NCBI GenBank assembly: GCA_001244265.2
Contig: CDLV01000019.1
Coordinates: 682,001 to 714,596 of the forward strand
Source: Microbotryum violaceum
Taxonomy: Eukaryota
Length of the DNA stretch: 32,596 nt
Direction: 5' to 3'
Of this stretch, positions 1 to 10,730 are shown piece by piece. The notes under the pieces were generated by a model. The model made no database searches, was not told the origin of the DNA, and was given only the letters and a program-made list of their open reading frames with translations. The translations under genes were made by a program, and so were the position numbers. Each line of letters opens with the position of its first letter. Within the stretch, counting starts at the first letter, position 1.

Positions 1-6
1 ACGACC

Positions 7-1451
7 ATGAACCCAGACGCGGCCGAAACACTTGGCGCTGATCTTCCACGACGGTCACTCATCGTGTCGTTTATCGCCCTGGCCTTCACAGCCGTTATCG
101 AGGTCCCCAAGCCGGACCAAGCCGTCGTCGATGCACTGCTCGATGCCCGTTCCCAACCTCCGAATCGGCCACGAACTCGCTCCAAGCCGGACTCGGACTC
201 GGACTCGGACCGTGACGATGATCCCTCCCCGCGGGTCCGAAAAGGCCAGAAGACTTCGGCCGAAGCCACCTGTGCTCAAGCCGAGGAATCAAATCGACCC
301 ATCACCCCGCCCGTCTCCGTGGAGTTGCAATCCGATCTCTCATTCGACCCGTTGACGCCCGTGACTCGCATCTTCTCGTCTCCTCCTGCATCAACGGATT
401 GGACTCCTACGATCTCGCCGCTTTCTGGTTCGTGCCACTCATCGGAACCGATCACCATCGTTGAAGATCGCGGGTTCGTGATCCAGGCCAGCTTGTCGAA
501 CGCGCATTGGTCTATGATGGTGCGTCATGTGCTCTGCCCTGCTGCTCCCGTCCTAGCCCATGTAGCCCAGCTCACCAACCGGATCGTTTACTTGATGCTC
601 TTGCGCAGTCGTACACGGGCACGAGCCGCATAGAACTGGTCGAGATCGGCTTTGATATCGTCTCTTCGGTTCCTTCCGACTCGCCCCTTGCGTCGCGTCT
701 GTCGTCGAAACCTTCCCCAGCGAGCGATTTTATCCGAAGCCTCCATTTGTCCGATGTTGTTTTGCGGTGGCTGTCCGAAAACCCCCGGGAAGAACTCGAG
801 GACGATCGAATTCCCCTCGAACTCTTGGATCGGTTCGAGCCCACTGCGGATTTTCGTCTGGAGAAGGAGGTCGGGACAGGAAGTACTGCCGGAGGCTGGC
901 TTGCGAAGGTGGTACGAGTCAACCGACCTTTGTCCTCGTCCGCTAAAGCCGAGGTACCGCTTGTTGATCACCCTGCTCCGAACGCGAGGTACTTTCTCAA
1001 GCTCATGCCGTGTGTTTACGCCGGCTCGGTCATCCGCGAGACGCTGTTTTACCAGCACGTCTTCCCTCACCTCCCCGACCATCTTCGAAAACATCTGCCG
1101 CAATATCACGGCACGTACCGAAGGACCAATGGCAATGGATACGCCATGGCCCTTGAGAATGTGGGGACAACAATGAACCAGCTCGACTTCTACGGATCGC
1201 GCCAATTGTGGTAAGTTCCTGCAGGGCGGCGCACTGAATCCAGCCATGTGCGAGCCGGTCGAGAGGTTGGGCGGATTCCTGACCTCGTGGGTCTTCTTTG
1301 CGTTTTCTACTCGGGGTGCAGGGAGATCGAGGCGGCTTTCAGGGAACTTGGCATCATCCACAATGACGTCAGCGCCCGCAACGTACTGGTTCGACCCAAC
1401 AATGGTCCTTTTTGCTTCGTTGATTGGGGACGATCGTATCTCAAACTCTGA
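7..1451 (+). CDS. K1: three-exon small protein-kinase-like gene (exons 7-519, 609-1210, 1322-1451); kinase fold ends just after the DFG-equivalent; may begin upstream of the window
   Basis: Introns 520-608 (GTGCGT..GCAG, phase 0) and 1211-1321 (GTAAGT..GCAG, phase 2) join three ORFs in frame. Motifs: G-loop EVGTGSTAG, beta3 YFLKL, alphaC RET, catalytic loop HNDVSARN, VDWG, then a stop 6 codons later. The frame is open from position 1. Confidence 0.8.
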
Positions 1452-2129
1452 GTGTGAATCTTTTCTCTCCTCCTCCTTCTGAGGTTTCTGTTTTTTTCTC
1501 TCTTCTATGCTTGTTTCATATTTTGTACGCACTTTCCCTCAGGTCCATCTGCAATGCGCAACGCTCGTCATCTCATCCATCTCGTCAGCGTCGTAGTTGG
1601 ACTCGAGAGCACCCCGAGCTGAATGGACCTCAGCTCCGACCGGTTCGGCGAGAATCGTGCTTCTGGGCGGAGGTTGAGGCTGGAAGGAGAGAGAGAACAA
1701 AGGAGGAAATGAAAAGTCTATATGGAATGAACCACCCCCCCAAGAGGCGAGTTCACTCAGTCTTTGAGTTAGGTACTAGTGGCCCCAGAGCCGGAGGCAC
1801 GATGTCGCCTGATCCGCGGTGAGAATTTATGTTGTTGGGTTTCGTCGGCCCTCTCAACGACCGCACCACCCAGTCCAGTTCGCCCTAACCCGGGCTTGAA
1901 CAAACATCCACTCGTTATAGCCGCCAGAGAGCTGCGCTCAATCATGTGTCAAACTGGCGATCGTAACTGGGAGATGAGGAGTGCGTCGACCTTGCACACT
2001 ACGTTGACACTCGCGATGGACGCCACACCAAAGCAGGCGCTGCCACCTGCCGCCAACTCGTTCAGCACATCGCTGTTCAGTTTCAAGAACTTAGTAGATA
2101 GCCCTTTAATTGATACCTGATGACCTTTT

Positions 2130-2557
2130 GTTACCTTTGTTACACAAGTCTGAACTGACTATAAAATTATGTTCGCATTTTGTTGAGTGTAGATGTCATG
2201 CGAAACACCCCAAACCGACTGGGCAACGCCGCGCGCAACCGGAGCTCATAAAAAAAGGCGAATCAGTGAGGTGTTTATTACGGATGACGATGATGATGAT
2301 GATGCTACCGACAAGGATGAGGAGGATGGTTATGATGGGCACAACAGTGGTGGTGGTAGTGACAATAATGCGCTCAACACCGATAGCGACAACTGGGGAG
2401 ATGTGAAGCCATCTGTTGCCATATAAGGCAGTTCAATGTCTCGGATCAAATTGTTCTTTGGGGATAGGATCAAGAAAAGATCGATCAACGCGAGATGGAG
2501 AAAAAGAGATCGGATCGGATCCTATCCTCCGGTGATCTGATCCTGTGAGAACCCTTG
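2130..2557 (+). mobile_element. Possible right-hand end of a hAT-like DNA transposon, with a terminal exon-like acidic/NLS ORF at 2193-2426
   Basis: The end reads CAAGGGTTCTCACAGGATCAGATC on the minus strand, with dense GATC/GGATC subterminal repeats at 2442-2543. The preceding ORF has KKRR plus poly-D after a CTGAC..TGTAG acceptor. No matching left end is seen. Confidence 0.35.
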
Positions 2558-2905
2558 ACCGTAGCGGTTCAAATGCGTTCTCGTTGAGTTGAGCTTGCGC
2601 ATGTTTATTACGGCAACTGAATCCGAGCTGCAGTGAATGCTGTGCTAGCCCTTATTTGACGTCACAGCGGGGGATCCACTCCAACACAGCAAAAGTACAA
2701 GTGACGTATTTCACACAGTCATTCCTACATGGCTCGCCATCCCGCATGTAACCATGTTACAGAGAATTTGTGCTGGGTGCGAGAAACCACTGCCACGGCG
2801 AGCTCGGGGTGAAGGTTGTTTGAACGAGCTCGGCCCGGACAGCTGAAGCAGCAGCTAGGCGGAGGAAGAATCACCTCTAGATGATGATAAGCAGGGCCTC
2901 GGCTT

Positions 2906-5179
2906 CTAACGCCTGTCGACAAGGGCTGCCAAATCAGAAATCAATCCATCGTGAGAAAGCTTACCCTGCTCCCACGGAGCTTTCACTTCAGCTTCTTCTC
3001 TCTGCCTCAGGAGGCAAGTCCGCGGATGATCCAGCCCGCAAAAGTGCATGACGATTCCGAGTAGGTCGAAAACGCCAGTCCAATAAGATGTGTAGGGTTG
3101 AAGTTTTTTTTGTAGGCCGTAGTGGCTTCGGAACAGCACCATCTTGCTTTCGGCGGGGAAGCTTCCCGGGTCCTCCCAGCCGGACCAAATGATTCTGGTG
3201 GTGGGTATCATGGCCTTTGGGCCATTGGGACCCTCGGGTCGACTGAATACGAGGTAGAGAATCACGTAGGCGAGCGACTCGATGTCGTGCCAGGGCTGAT
3301 GGGGAAGAGGGGGTCCCACACCGCCAAGGGGTGGGAATCTTTGGCGAGCTAGGAAGGCAAAAGTCCCCTACGGAGACGAGACAGCCGGGGTTCGTCAGCA
3401 CATACAACACACTCGAAGTCTTTACGTTCGACTCCCAGCGAAGCTGAACCTACGGCTCGGCGGTATCGCTCGGCGGGGGCGGGACCGTCATCCTTGATGT
3501 AGATGGCCAGGTCGTAATCGATGAGCACACCCTGTCCATCTGGAGCGACCATAATGTTCCCGGCCGAGACGTCACGATGCAGGATGTGCATCCGGTAGAG
3601 ATTACGCAGACCTGAGGATGACACAGTAGCTCGTGAGATCATGGCGCCGACACGCCCCAATCATAGCCAAGTCCTGACACTCACCTTTGGCTACACTCAG
3701 GATGACTCGAGCAAGGGAGACGGTCGAATCGATGACCCAGATGGGATCAAAGCATTGCTCATGAAAGGCGACTTCCATCGCCCTCGGCGTGAATCGGAAC
3801 CCACGCGGCACCCCACCGCCGCTTCCGAGAAACTTGGGCACAACAGTGAACTCGCCCTCGCGGTACACATCGACGATGTTGGTCAACCCTTCGCGCTCTT
3901 CGGGTGAAGCTGTAGCGATGGAGAGGCGGATACGGTCGTGTTCATCGCTTCGAGGCTCCGCTACGAAAGAAACCGTCATGGCATATTCCTGGGTAGACGT
4001 GGACGCTTCCTTCTCGCCACCGCCTCGGGTCGCCCTGACTCGATAGGCCGACGTGGACCGTCCATCCCAAAAGGTGCTCCGGCAGAGCTGTTCCACAACT
4101 TCGACGCGACTGAACGTGGGGACTGATGCCAAGTGCTTGCGATATCGAGGCACCCGCAGAGGCAACCCGGCGAAGGCGAACGGGTAAGCAGAAAGGCTCG
4201 CGACGATGCCAAGCTCCGAGTCCGTCAGGCTGAGCAGTCGGGTAAAGAACGTCGAGAGGTGGCCATTCGCTTCGGTGCACTCAATATCGGGACTGAACAA
4301 TAGACCGCCATGGGTGCAAAGAAAGATGACGAGGGTCGATTCGACGAGGATAAAGCCAAAGGCGTGCAAGCGGATCGGGTTGGTGGCGAGCGCACGGATG
4401 TATCCCTCAAATCGTTCGTGGAGAGCTTATTTGTCGCCACCTACATAACGTACCCGACCCCTGACCATGATATCACCTACTACCGCGACCCGTGACCAGT
4501 CTTGTGGAGTCTCGTGCTGCTCGCAGTGTGAGCTCCTGTTGGCGTCGGCGCCTCCGGCTTCAAAGGCTTCTCGAGTGAGGAGGGCAGCACCCGGCATCTT
4601 GTCGGAGAAGTCCAGGCGACCGAAATGCACTGGGTCACGGTAGGTAATGAAACGTCCGCGGGTTCTCTGCACAGGCCGAACGCACTCGTCAACGATCAGA
4701 CGCTTTACACTCTTGCCCCTTGCCCGAACCAGGCTGGCTCAGTCCGTTCCGAGTCAACGAGGCCGACTGACCAGACTCGGCTTCCCGGACTCCCAAGTGA
4801 TCTCGGGCATCCCTGAAGGCGCTGTTCTGCTGCCCTCCGCTTCCGAGTCGTGCATTGACTTGATGAAATAGTCCCTCAATGGCGGCCACTCGAACCCCCG
4901 GCCGTCATCAGAGCTCGAACTTCCAGATGACGAAGAGGCGCTTGATGTACCAGTGGAAGAGTGATCGTCAGACGACGGGTTCGGCGGCGGTGATGATGCG
5001 GCGGTCGATGCTTGGGCGGATGTTCCGCTAGATTCATATGACTCTGGCAGCGATACGATCGACGAGGCCAGGCCCTGTTCCTTGGTCGACCAACCAGGAG
5101 TTGAAGCCACGCATGGCACACCAATCGAACTGACATCATCCCAAGGGTGTCGCGCATCATAGAGTGACGGATCTTGCAT
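2906..5179 (-). pseudogene. Gene A: FunK1/Pkinase_fungal-type kinase with degenerate N-terminal REase-like domain; disrupted
   Basis: Predicted introns 4667-4771, 3612-3684 and 3368-3453. Motifs: GRST, HRDVSAGNIM, GVLIDYDLA, GTFAFLA, HQPWHDIES. In-frame TAA at 4427-4429 (GGDK*ALHERF..) and a net frameshift at ~3325-3345 between GTFAFLA and PHQPWHDIES. Confidence 0.85.
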
Positions 5180-6407
5180 CGCGTCAGTGAATGTGTGCAG
5201 CTGTGTACGAAATGTCGCGTTCAGTACAGAGTAAAGGGCGTGTGTCAGGATTGTTCCAAGTGCGGTGTGTGAAGTGTGAAGTGTACGGGGAGAGAAGATG
5301 CGTGTAGTCAAGGACGGGGCCTGTGGCGGAAGAGCGGGCAGTTGTTGGCGCACAACAATACCAGACAACACCTGGAGCCGGGTGGCACGCCTAATTAGAG
5401 CGAGCCAACTTTTGATTCGGCCGGGCCCAAAACATTTTGGCCAATGCGCCGCTTTCAACTTTCCGACCGCTCTACTAGTAATACTAGGCTTTGCCCATTC
5501 GATTCGGAATAGGATTATAGGTGGCGGGCTAGAATGCCCAGATGCACTACATTGCATTATTGTGCCCTCATCCTCTTCCCTCCGTCCCGCCTCTTCATAG
5601 TGCTCATACTCTCCTCTGCTTACTATAGTAGCCCCCCAAGTACACAAAGCCCGCGACGAAAAAAAGCCCAGACTTACGAGGACAATAAAGAAGTTGGGTG
5701 CGCATATAGCGCGACACGCTGCGCGCAAAAAAAGCCGATCAAAGATCAAATTTGAGCCTGTAGCAAGTTTGGCCCATGAACTGAACTTGAAGTCTCTCCA
5801 AGTCCGTCAGATCGATACACTGACCCGAGTGTGGTAGGGACATTAGCTTCGGCAGTCTGTATGTTACTACCTCTCTATATATAAAAAGGTGAGTTAAGGA
5901 ATGTACCTGAAATCGCTATTTTTGAGTCGGTTGCGGCCCGGAGGGCCGCCTGTTCCGGGCCGCCTGTGGTGGATGTAACAGCATACTGTTATGTCTGCCG
6001 CACCTGCCTGTGGTGTCCATGTTCCGATCAGAAGTCATGTACCAGTGCTGTGGCGACTTTTATATTTCCCGCGCCGTTCCAACGAAGCTATAGCGCTCCC
6101 AGTATTTCCTTCTTTTTTTCGCTGACATAAAACAATGCTTCCACTCATATTGCATTTAATGTACCGCAAGCGTGTGGCTTTGCATGATATTGCTTCTACA
6201 GCAGAGCTCCGCCTGACGCGCGAGGGGAGGGCTGGCGTTTGTCACGTGATGCGGTGCGCCGGCGGTGTCAGTGTCATTCCGGCAGTCGACCGAACAACAA
6301 ATCAAACCAGGTAAATAATCCTGTGCCACTCCCTCGAACCTTTCCTTTCTCCCTCCCACTCTCATCCAATTTTAGTGACACTCATTCAAGAACAAACCCT
6401 CGCTACT

Positions 6408-6863
6408 ATGCCCCGGTCCCAAGGTCGCCGGGGAGCGGCTCGACCGTCCTCTTCGTCCCGCTCCGATCAACAGAATCAGCCCCCGGCGCGTCTTGACAAC
6501 AATTCAACCGATCTTGGCATTGCGACACGTATACGAGCGCGCCGTGCAGCTATGCAGAACGGACAGCGTGGTCAGCGCGATGGCCAACTCGACGCTGGGC
6601 TCGCCCCACCACCACCTCCTCATGCGCAAAGGCGTGTGCGCCGGGCTCGAATCGCGCTCAAACCCCTCAAGCCCCACGTTTCAATCCGCGACGACCTCGG
6701 CCCCCAGACGGCCGTGTGCACCCACTGCAAGGCTCGGAACTGGGAGTGCGAAAGGTCGAAGTCGACCGGACACTTCAGCAGGTGCTGCTCGCAGGGCAAG
6801 GTGCAGCATGCAGCTGCAGGCTCCCCCTCCCCAGCCCAATCTCGAGTATCGGCAGCTTCTTGA
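6408..6863 (+). pseudogene. Helitron RepHel N-terminal fragment (Cys/His Zn-finger), copy 1
   Basis: MPRSQGRR..LGPQTAVCTHCKARNWECERSKSTGHFSRCCSQGKVQ, followed by a frameshift and stop. Confidence 0.8.
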
Positions 6864-7059
6864 TAATGCGGTTGGGATCGATCCATGCCCAACGGTCAAT
6901 AGGGGCACATAACTCGTGTGAGAGGGCCGATTGCGCAAGGTAGAGCAGAAGAAAAAAGCGAAGGTTCTACTGGCATTGTCAATCGTTCACATCACTGTAC
7001 CCAGGAAGGCTACGTGTTGCAAGCATCGACCACATGAGTCAGCAAAATGGGCACGCGCG

Positions 7060-7253
7060 CTCAAGCTCGACGACGTCTTGTTAAGCGTCCTTAAGCGCGC
7101 TTAAGCGCCTCTAAGCGGGGCGCGCCCTTAAGCCGGCGTTATCTACAAATCGCATAAGGGTGCTTAGTGGCGGCTTAAGAACGCGCGCGGTATGCGGTGC
7201 TTGCGCCCAGTAAGCTGGCGCGTATGCGCGCGTTATGCGGTGCTCACGCCCTG
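7060..7253. mobile_element. Possible hAT-like DNA transposon terminus inside the Helitron
   Basis: The end reads CAGGGCGTGAGCACCGCATA on the minus strand and is preceded by clustered TTAAGCG/TAAGC/TATGCG subterminal-type repeats. The partner end was not found. Confidence 0.35.
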
Positions 7254-7409
7254 CAGTGTAAGCTGATTCAGCGCTACTATACAATGCCAATTTGCGACTC
7301 CTGTCCAAGCAACCAGTACGTTACATTGCATAAAATCAATCGAAAAGAGACTCTTCAAAATCGAAAGCCTGTTGAGCCGTCATCCTCATTAGGCCGACAG
7401 CCTCCGGGT

Positions 7410-7680
7410 TGAGCTCGCCCCACTACCGTCTCCTGCGCAAAGGCGAGTCTAGGCGAGTGCGCAGGGCTCGAATCGCGCTCAAACCACTCGAGCCCCACAT
7501 TTCGATCCGCGGCTACCTCGGCCCCCAGACGGCCGTGTGCACCCACTGCAAGGCTCGGCACTGGGAGTGCGAAAGGCGAGGTCGACCGGGCACTCTAGCA
7601 CGTGCTGCTGGCAGGGCAAGGTGCAGCTGCTGCCCCCTCCCCAGCCCAATCCCGAGTATCGAAGACTGCTCGAAGGCTCG
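7410..7680 (+). pseudogene. Helitron RepHel Zn-finger fragment, copy 2 (paralog of ~6597-6860)
   Basis: RRARIALKPLEPHISIRGYLGPQTAVCTHCKARHWECER / STCCWQGKVQLLPPPQPNPEYRRLLEG, frameshifted. Confidence 0.8.
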
Positions 7681-8127
7681 GATAGTGGTCGATTGCTCCT
7701 TCCAACAACATCCGTTCGCAGTAGGCCCCACATACTGTACTGTACGACAGTATCTACACGCACACAGAAGCTAAAGTATTCCGCAAGAACGCCCGGTCGT
7801 ATAACAACGCGCTGTTGTGCACTTCGCTCGCTGCCCAGTTTGACCAGACTCGACAGGGCACTCTAGGACTCCCGTGTATCGCATCTTTGGTCGCCTTCAC
7901 TATGGACTCGAGTTCTTGGTCGCCTTCACTATGGACTCGACGCCCTGATCCTTGTTGTCAATTACGCCCAGTGCTTGCCCAAACATGGCTCATCGACCTG
8001 GTCGAGGCCACCGACACTCGAATTCGTGATAGACGAATACTCCCAAGCCGAGACCGATCGGCTTACCTACATCCAGATTCATCAAGAAAACCTGCGCCTC
8101 ACCACGGCCCAAGGCATCACCGGTGCT

Positions 8128-8435
8128 GTAACGGCTTGACCCCAGATCAGATTCGACGTTCGGTGATTTTGGGCTCCACGTTCAAGAATAGCAAGAATAG
8201 CCCGCGCGAGATCACGCAGCGTTACCAAGATACGATGGCGTGCGTTGTCAAATAGAAAGCCTTCGCTGTTCATCACGGTGACGTGCAACCCTGTATGGCC
8301 GGAAATCAAGGCTGCACTGGGGCCGAATGACACAGCATGCAACCGTCCGGATGCCATTGCACGAGCGTTTGAAGCCAAGCTGAAGCGACTCTGCGACGAC
8401 TTTTTGGGGCACAAGCACCGGGCAGGCTGTTTCGC
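8128..8435 (+). pseudogene. Helitron Rep domain fragment (motif I region)
   Basis: ILGSTF..SPRE..RYQDTMACVVK, then a stop/frameshift near 8252, then KPSLFITVTCNPVWPEIKAALGPNDTACNRPDAIARAFEAKLKRL. Confidence 0.9.
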
Positions 8436-8871
8436 GATGAACGGAGACCAGTTCCTTTGCTATACTTCCTTTCTTGTTTTCTTTCTTTCTATCTCTGCTG
8501 AAATCATGTGTACTGGTCAATTCTCCTGCTGTTTGAATTTAGAATTTCATCCTCCCGTAAATTCAACGAATTTCCCCTCGTGAGAATGCTTACTAAAGCC
8601 CGGCAGCAAAGAGACAGGTGAGCGAGTCGATGCCTCATAGCTTATCCTTTGAGTATCTTGGAGTGAAATGGGAGCCTGTCTTATGTCGCGATTTTCTCCC
8701 GTGTTGACCTTCCAGTAGCTTTTCAGCGACCATCCTAGAGCGACTGTGATAGCCCTCCGAAGAGGGGCTGAAGCGATCACTGCACTAAACGGTAAATCAA
8801 TAATATTATATATAAAAATGACAACAAAGTAGTAAATCTAAACTATGGCATCTACTACACTAGAACTACCG

Positions 8872-10700
8872 TTATCTGATCAAGATCTCGATCAACTCGT
8901 CTATCTTTTGGATTATGCGGCGCAGGCTCAGCTCGCCGCTCGCCGCTCGCTCCGCCAAGACCTCTTCCACTCGACCTTGTTGAATCACATTTTGCGGGAC
9001 ATCCATTCCGCAGCACGCCCCGAGAATTTCGACCAGTTCCGACAGCCCTGGCCATGCTTCCCTGCAAGGTTCCATAAAAATCTCCCTTTCTTCTGGAACG
9101 CAGAGGGTGTCTTGTTTTGAATCCGCTGCGTCGGCCAGGTTGCCACTTGAACCCTGGTTCCATGTTTTCCAGACTTCGTTCGTTTCGGTGGCCATGCCCC
9201 TCTCTATCCCATCCGGTCGACTGAGCGCCACTGAAAGAACAATCAAGAGTATACTCGTAACATCGTGCCACCAGCTATGTTGGATGTGCGCCATCTCGGG
9301 ATTCAGAAGTGTCGGTGCCACGTACGGTGAGATTCCCTGCAGACTCAACCAAGCGGTATCAAGACATTAATACTAGACCATCGCAGAGGGGCAAGAATAG
9401 AAACCTCCCACGTAGTACGTACGAAGCGTTTCAGTAGTGCAGCCTCGGAGAAGGGGCCGTTCAGCTCTGCCGCAAGATGCAGATCGGTAATGAGGCCCTC
9501 GCCATTGCCGTCGATCCCGAGTGACTCGGGCTTCATGTCATGGTGCAGCCAGCCGAGTCGGTAGAGTTGGTCGACTCCTAGTCATCGCCAATAAGCACGA
9601 GGCAAGTCAATGTGGGCTCATCTAACTCTCGAGCTGTATGACCTACCAGTCACGGCACCCCTTGCTAGCTTTGCCAATCCCAGTGTTGAGTCGATGTCGC
9701 AAGTTAAGCCCAACGGTCGGAACGGTGGCTCATGGAACGCGAGTTCGAGGGCGCGTGGGGTGTAGCTTTCCCCGACTTTTGCATCGCCTTTATTGATGAA
9801 GGTTGGCCCGGTGATGAAAGTTGTCTCCCGGTAGACGTTGCGAACATGCGAGAGATTACTGCGATCGCAATCTGGACTTTGGTGGATTTGCTGGAGGAGC
9901 GAGTCGTAACCTCCAATGCCCGCGGCTTCCACGGTGGGAACATCCGTGCGATTGCCGTTGCAATACGCAACAGGAAACATCGACGTCAACTCCCCTTGCA
10001 TCGAGGGATGGGTCGACTGCCGGTCCAGAACGACGATATCATCCAGCAAATTCGGATTTGGAGTGTCGCCGTAAATCGGAACTCGGGGAGGAAGTTGCAC
10101 CGAGCGAAGGAAATATGGGAGCTTGTCCCCGCCCGCGAGGATCCCGGACTCCGTGTCGCTCAGCAACAGACATCGGATGAGGAATCGGACCAACGGTCGC
10201 CTATCTTCTTCGCAATCGATTTACTCAGATCGAATGATCCCGGAAGGCATATCGACGTAGATGGTGAGCCTTGTTGCGCAGATTGTGGCACCGAAGGTCC
10301 ACCGTCGGATAGTGAGAGTCGGGCGAAAGCGATAAAATCGCCGACCGGTTTGCTCCTTCACTGAACTGTTCGAGTTATCGGTGTAAGATGATTTGAATTC
10401 CAAAAATATTGCAACTTGGGTTGTTTGTCTGTTGTCCTTGGCTTTTGAGTGCCTCTCGTTTTTCCGCTTCCTCTTCCCCTGGGGACTCGGCCCCTCGCCG
10501 GCGGGGGGGTCCGTGCTTACAATGGATGACTCTGGTGGGCCACTGATCCATGCATCGATGATCTCGGGTGTCTGGCAAGATTCCAGCGTTATGATCATGT
10601 CGTAGGCTTTGTCTCTGCTTGAATAGTCGCCACTCGACTCGGGCAAGTCGTACGGACAAGCACCGCGCGCCTCCTCGTGGAACAACGCTCTTTTCAACAC
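8872..10700 (-). pseudogene. Gene C: highly divergent FunK1-type REase-like + kinase-like gene; 5'-truncated, premature stop
   Basis: Introns 9578-9646 and 9337-9422 are at the same positions/phases as in genes A and B. Motifs: KAYD..IFLEFK, GWLHHDMKPES, GLITDLHLA, GISPYVAP, HSWWHDVTS. In-frame TAA at 10221-10223 (IIRSE*IDCEED). Confidence 0.8.
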
Positions 10701-10730
10701 CCCTCAACGACAACGAGCAGAAGTGCCTCA

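Larger units (their letters stand above)
5872..8435 (+). mobile_element. Decayed Helitron (N-terminal part of RepHel), internally rearranged and truncated before the HUH motif and helicase
   Basis: 5'-like TCTCTATATATAAAAAG at 5872. N-terminal Zn-finger LGPQTAVCTHCKA..W..ER..FSRCCSQGKVQ, YNNAL..TSL (~7800) and Rep-region SVILGSTF..SPREITQRYQDTMA..KPSLFITVTCNPVWPEI..NRPD..RAFEAKL (8160-8385) match Helitron Rep consensus motifs. Confidence 0.9.

Noticed and set aside
588..1532. Long antisense ORFs over the kinase genes (also 8845-9120, 9732-10364, 13583-14191, 21124-21765)
   Set aside because: These are shadow ORFs opposite GC-rich coding sequence whose sense strand carries the motifs and splice sites.
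1755..1780. Helitron 3' end (ACTCA..TGAGT hairpin followed by CTAG|T)
   Set aside because: The stem is only 5 bp and AT-rich, which is easily chance; no linked Helitron sequence lies upstream in the window.
4427..4453. Micro-intron removing the TAA in gene A (GTACGT..TAAG)
   Set aside because: It would be only ~28 nt and would shift the frame. The flanks are already in frame, so a nonsense mutation is simpler.
5180..5749. Extension of gene A to the upstream TTG start (331 aa ORF)
   Set aside because: The upstream part looks like promoter/UTR and possible transposon-end DNA; ATG 5179 precedes a Ser-rich N-terminus comparable to gene B.
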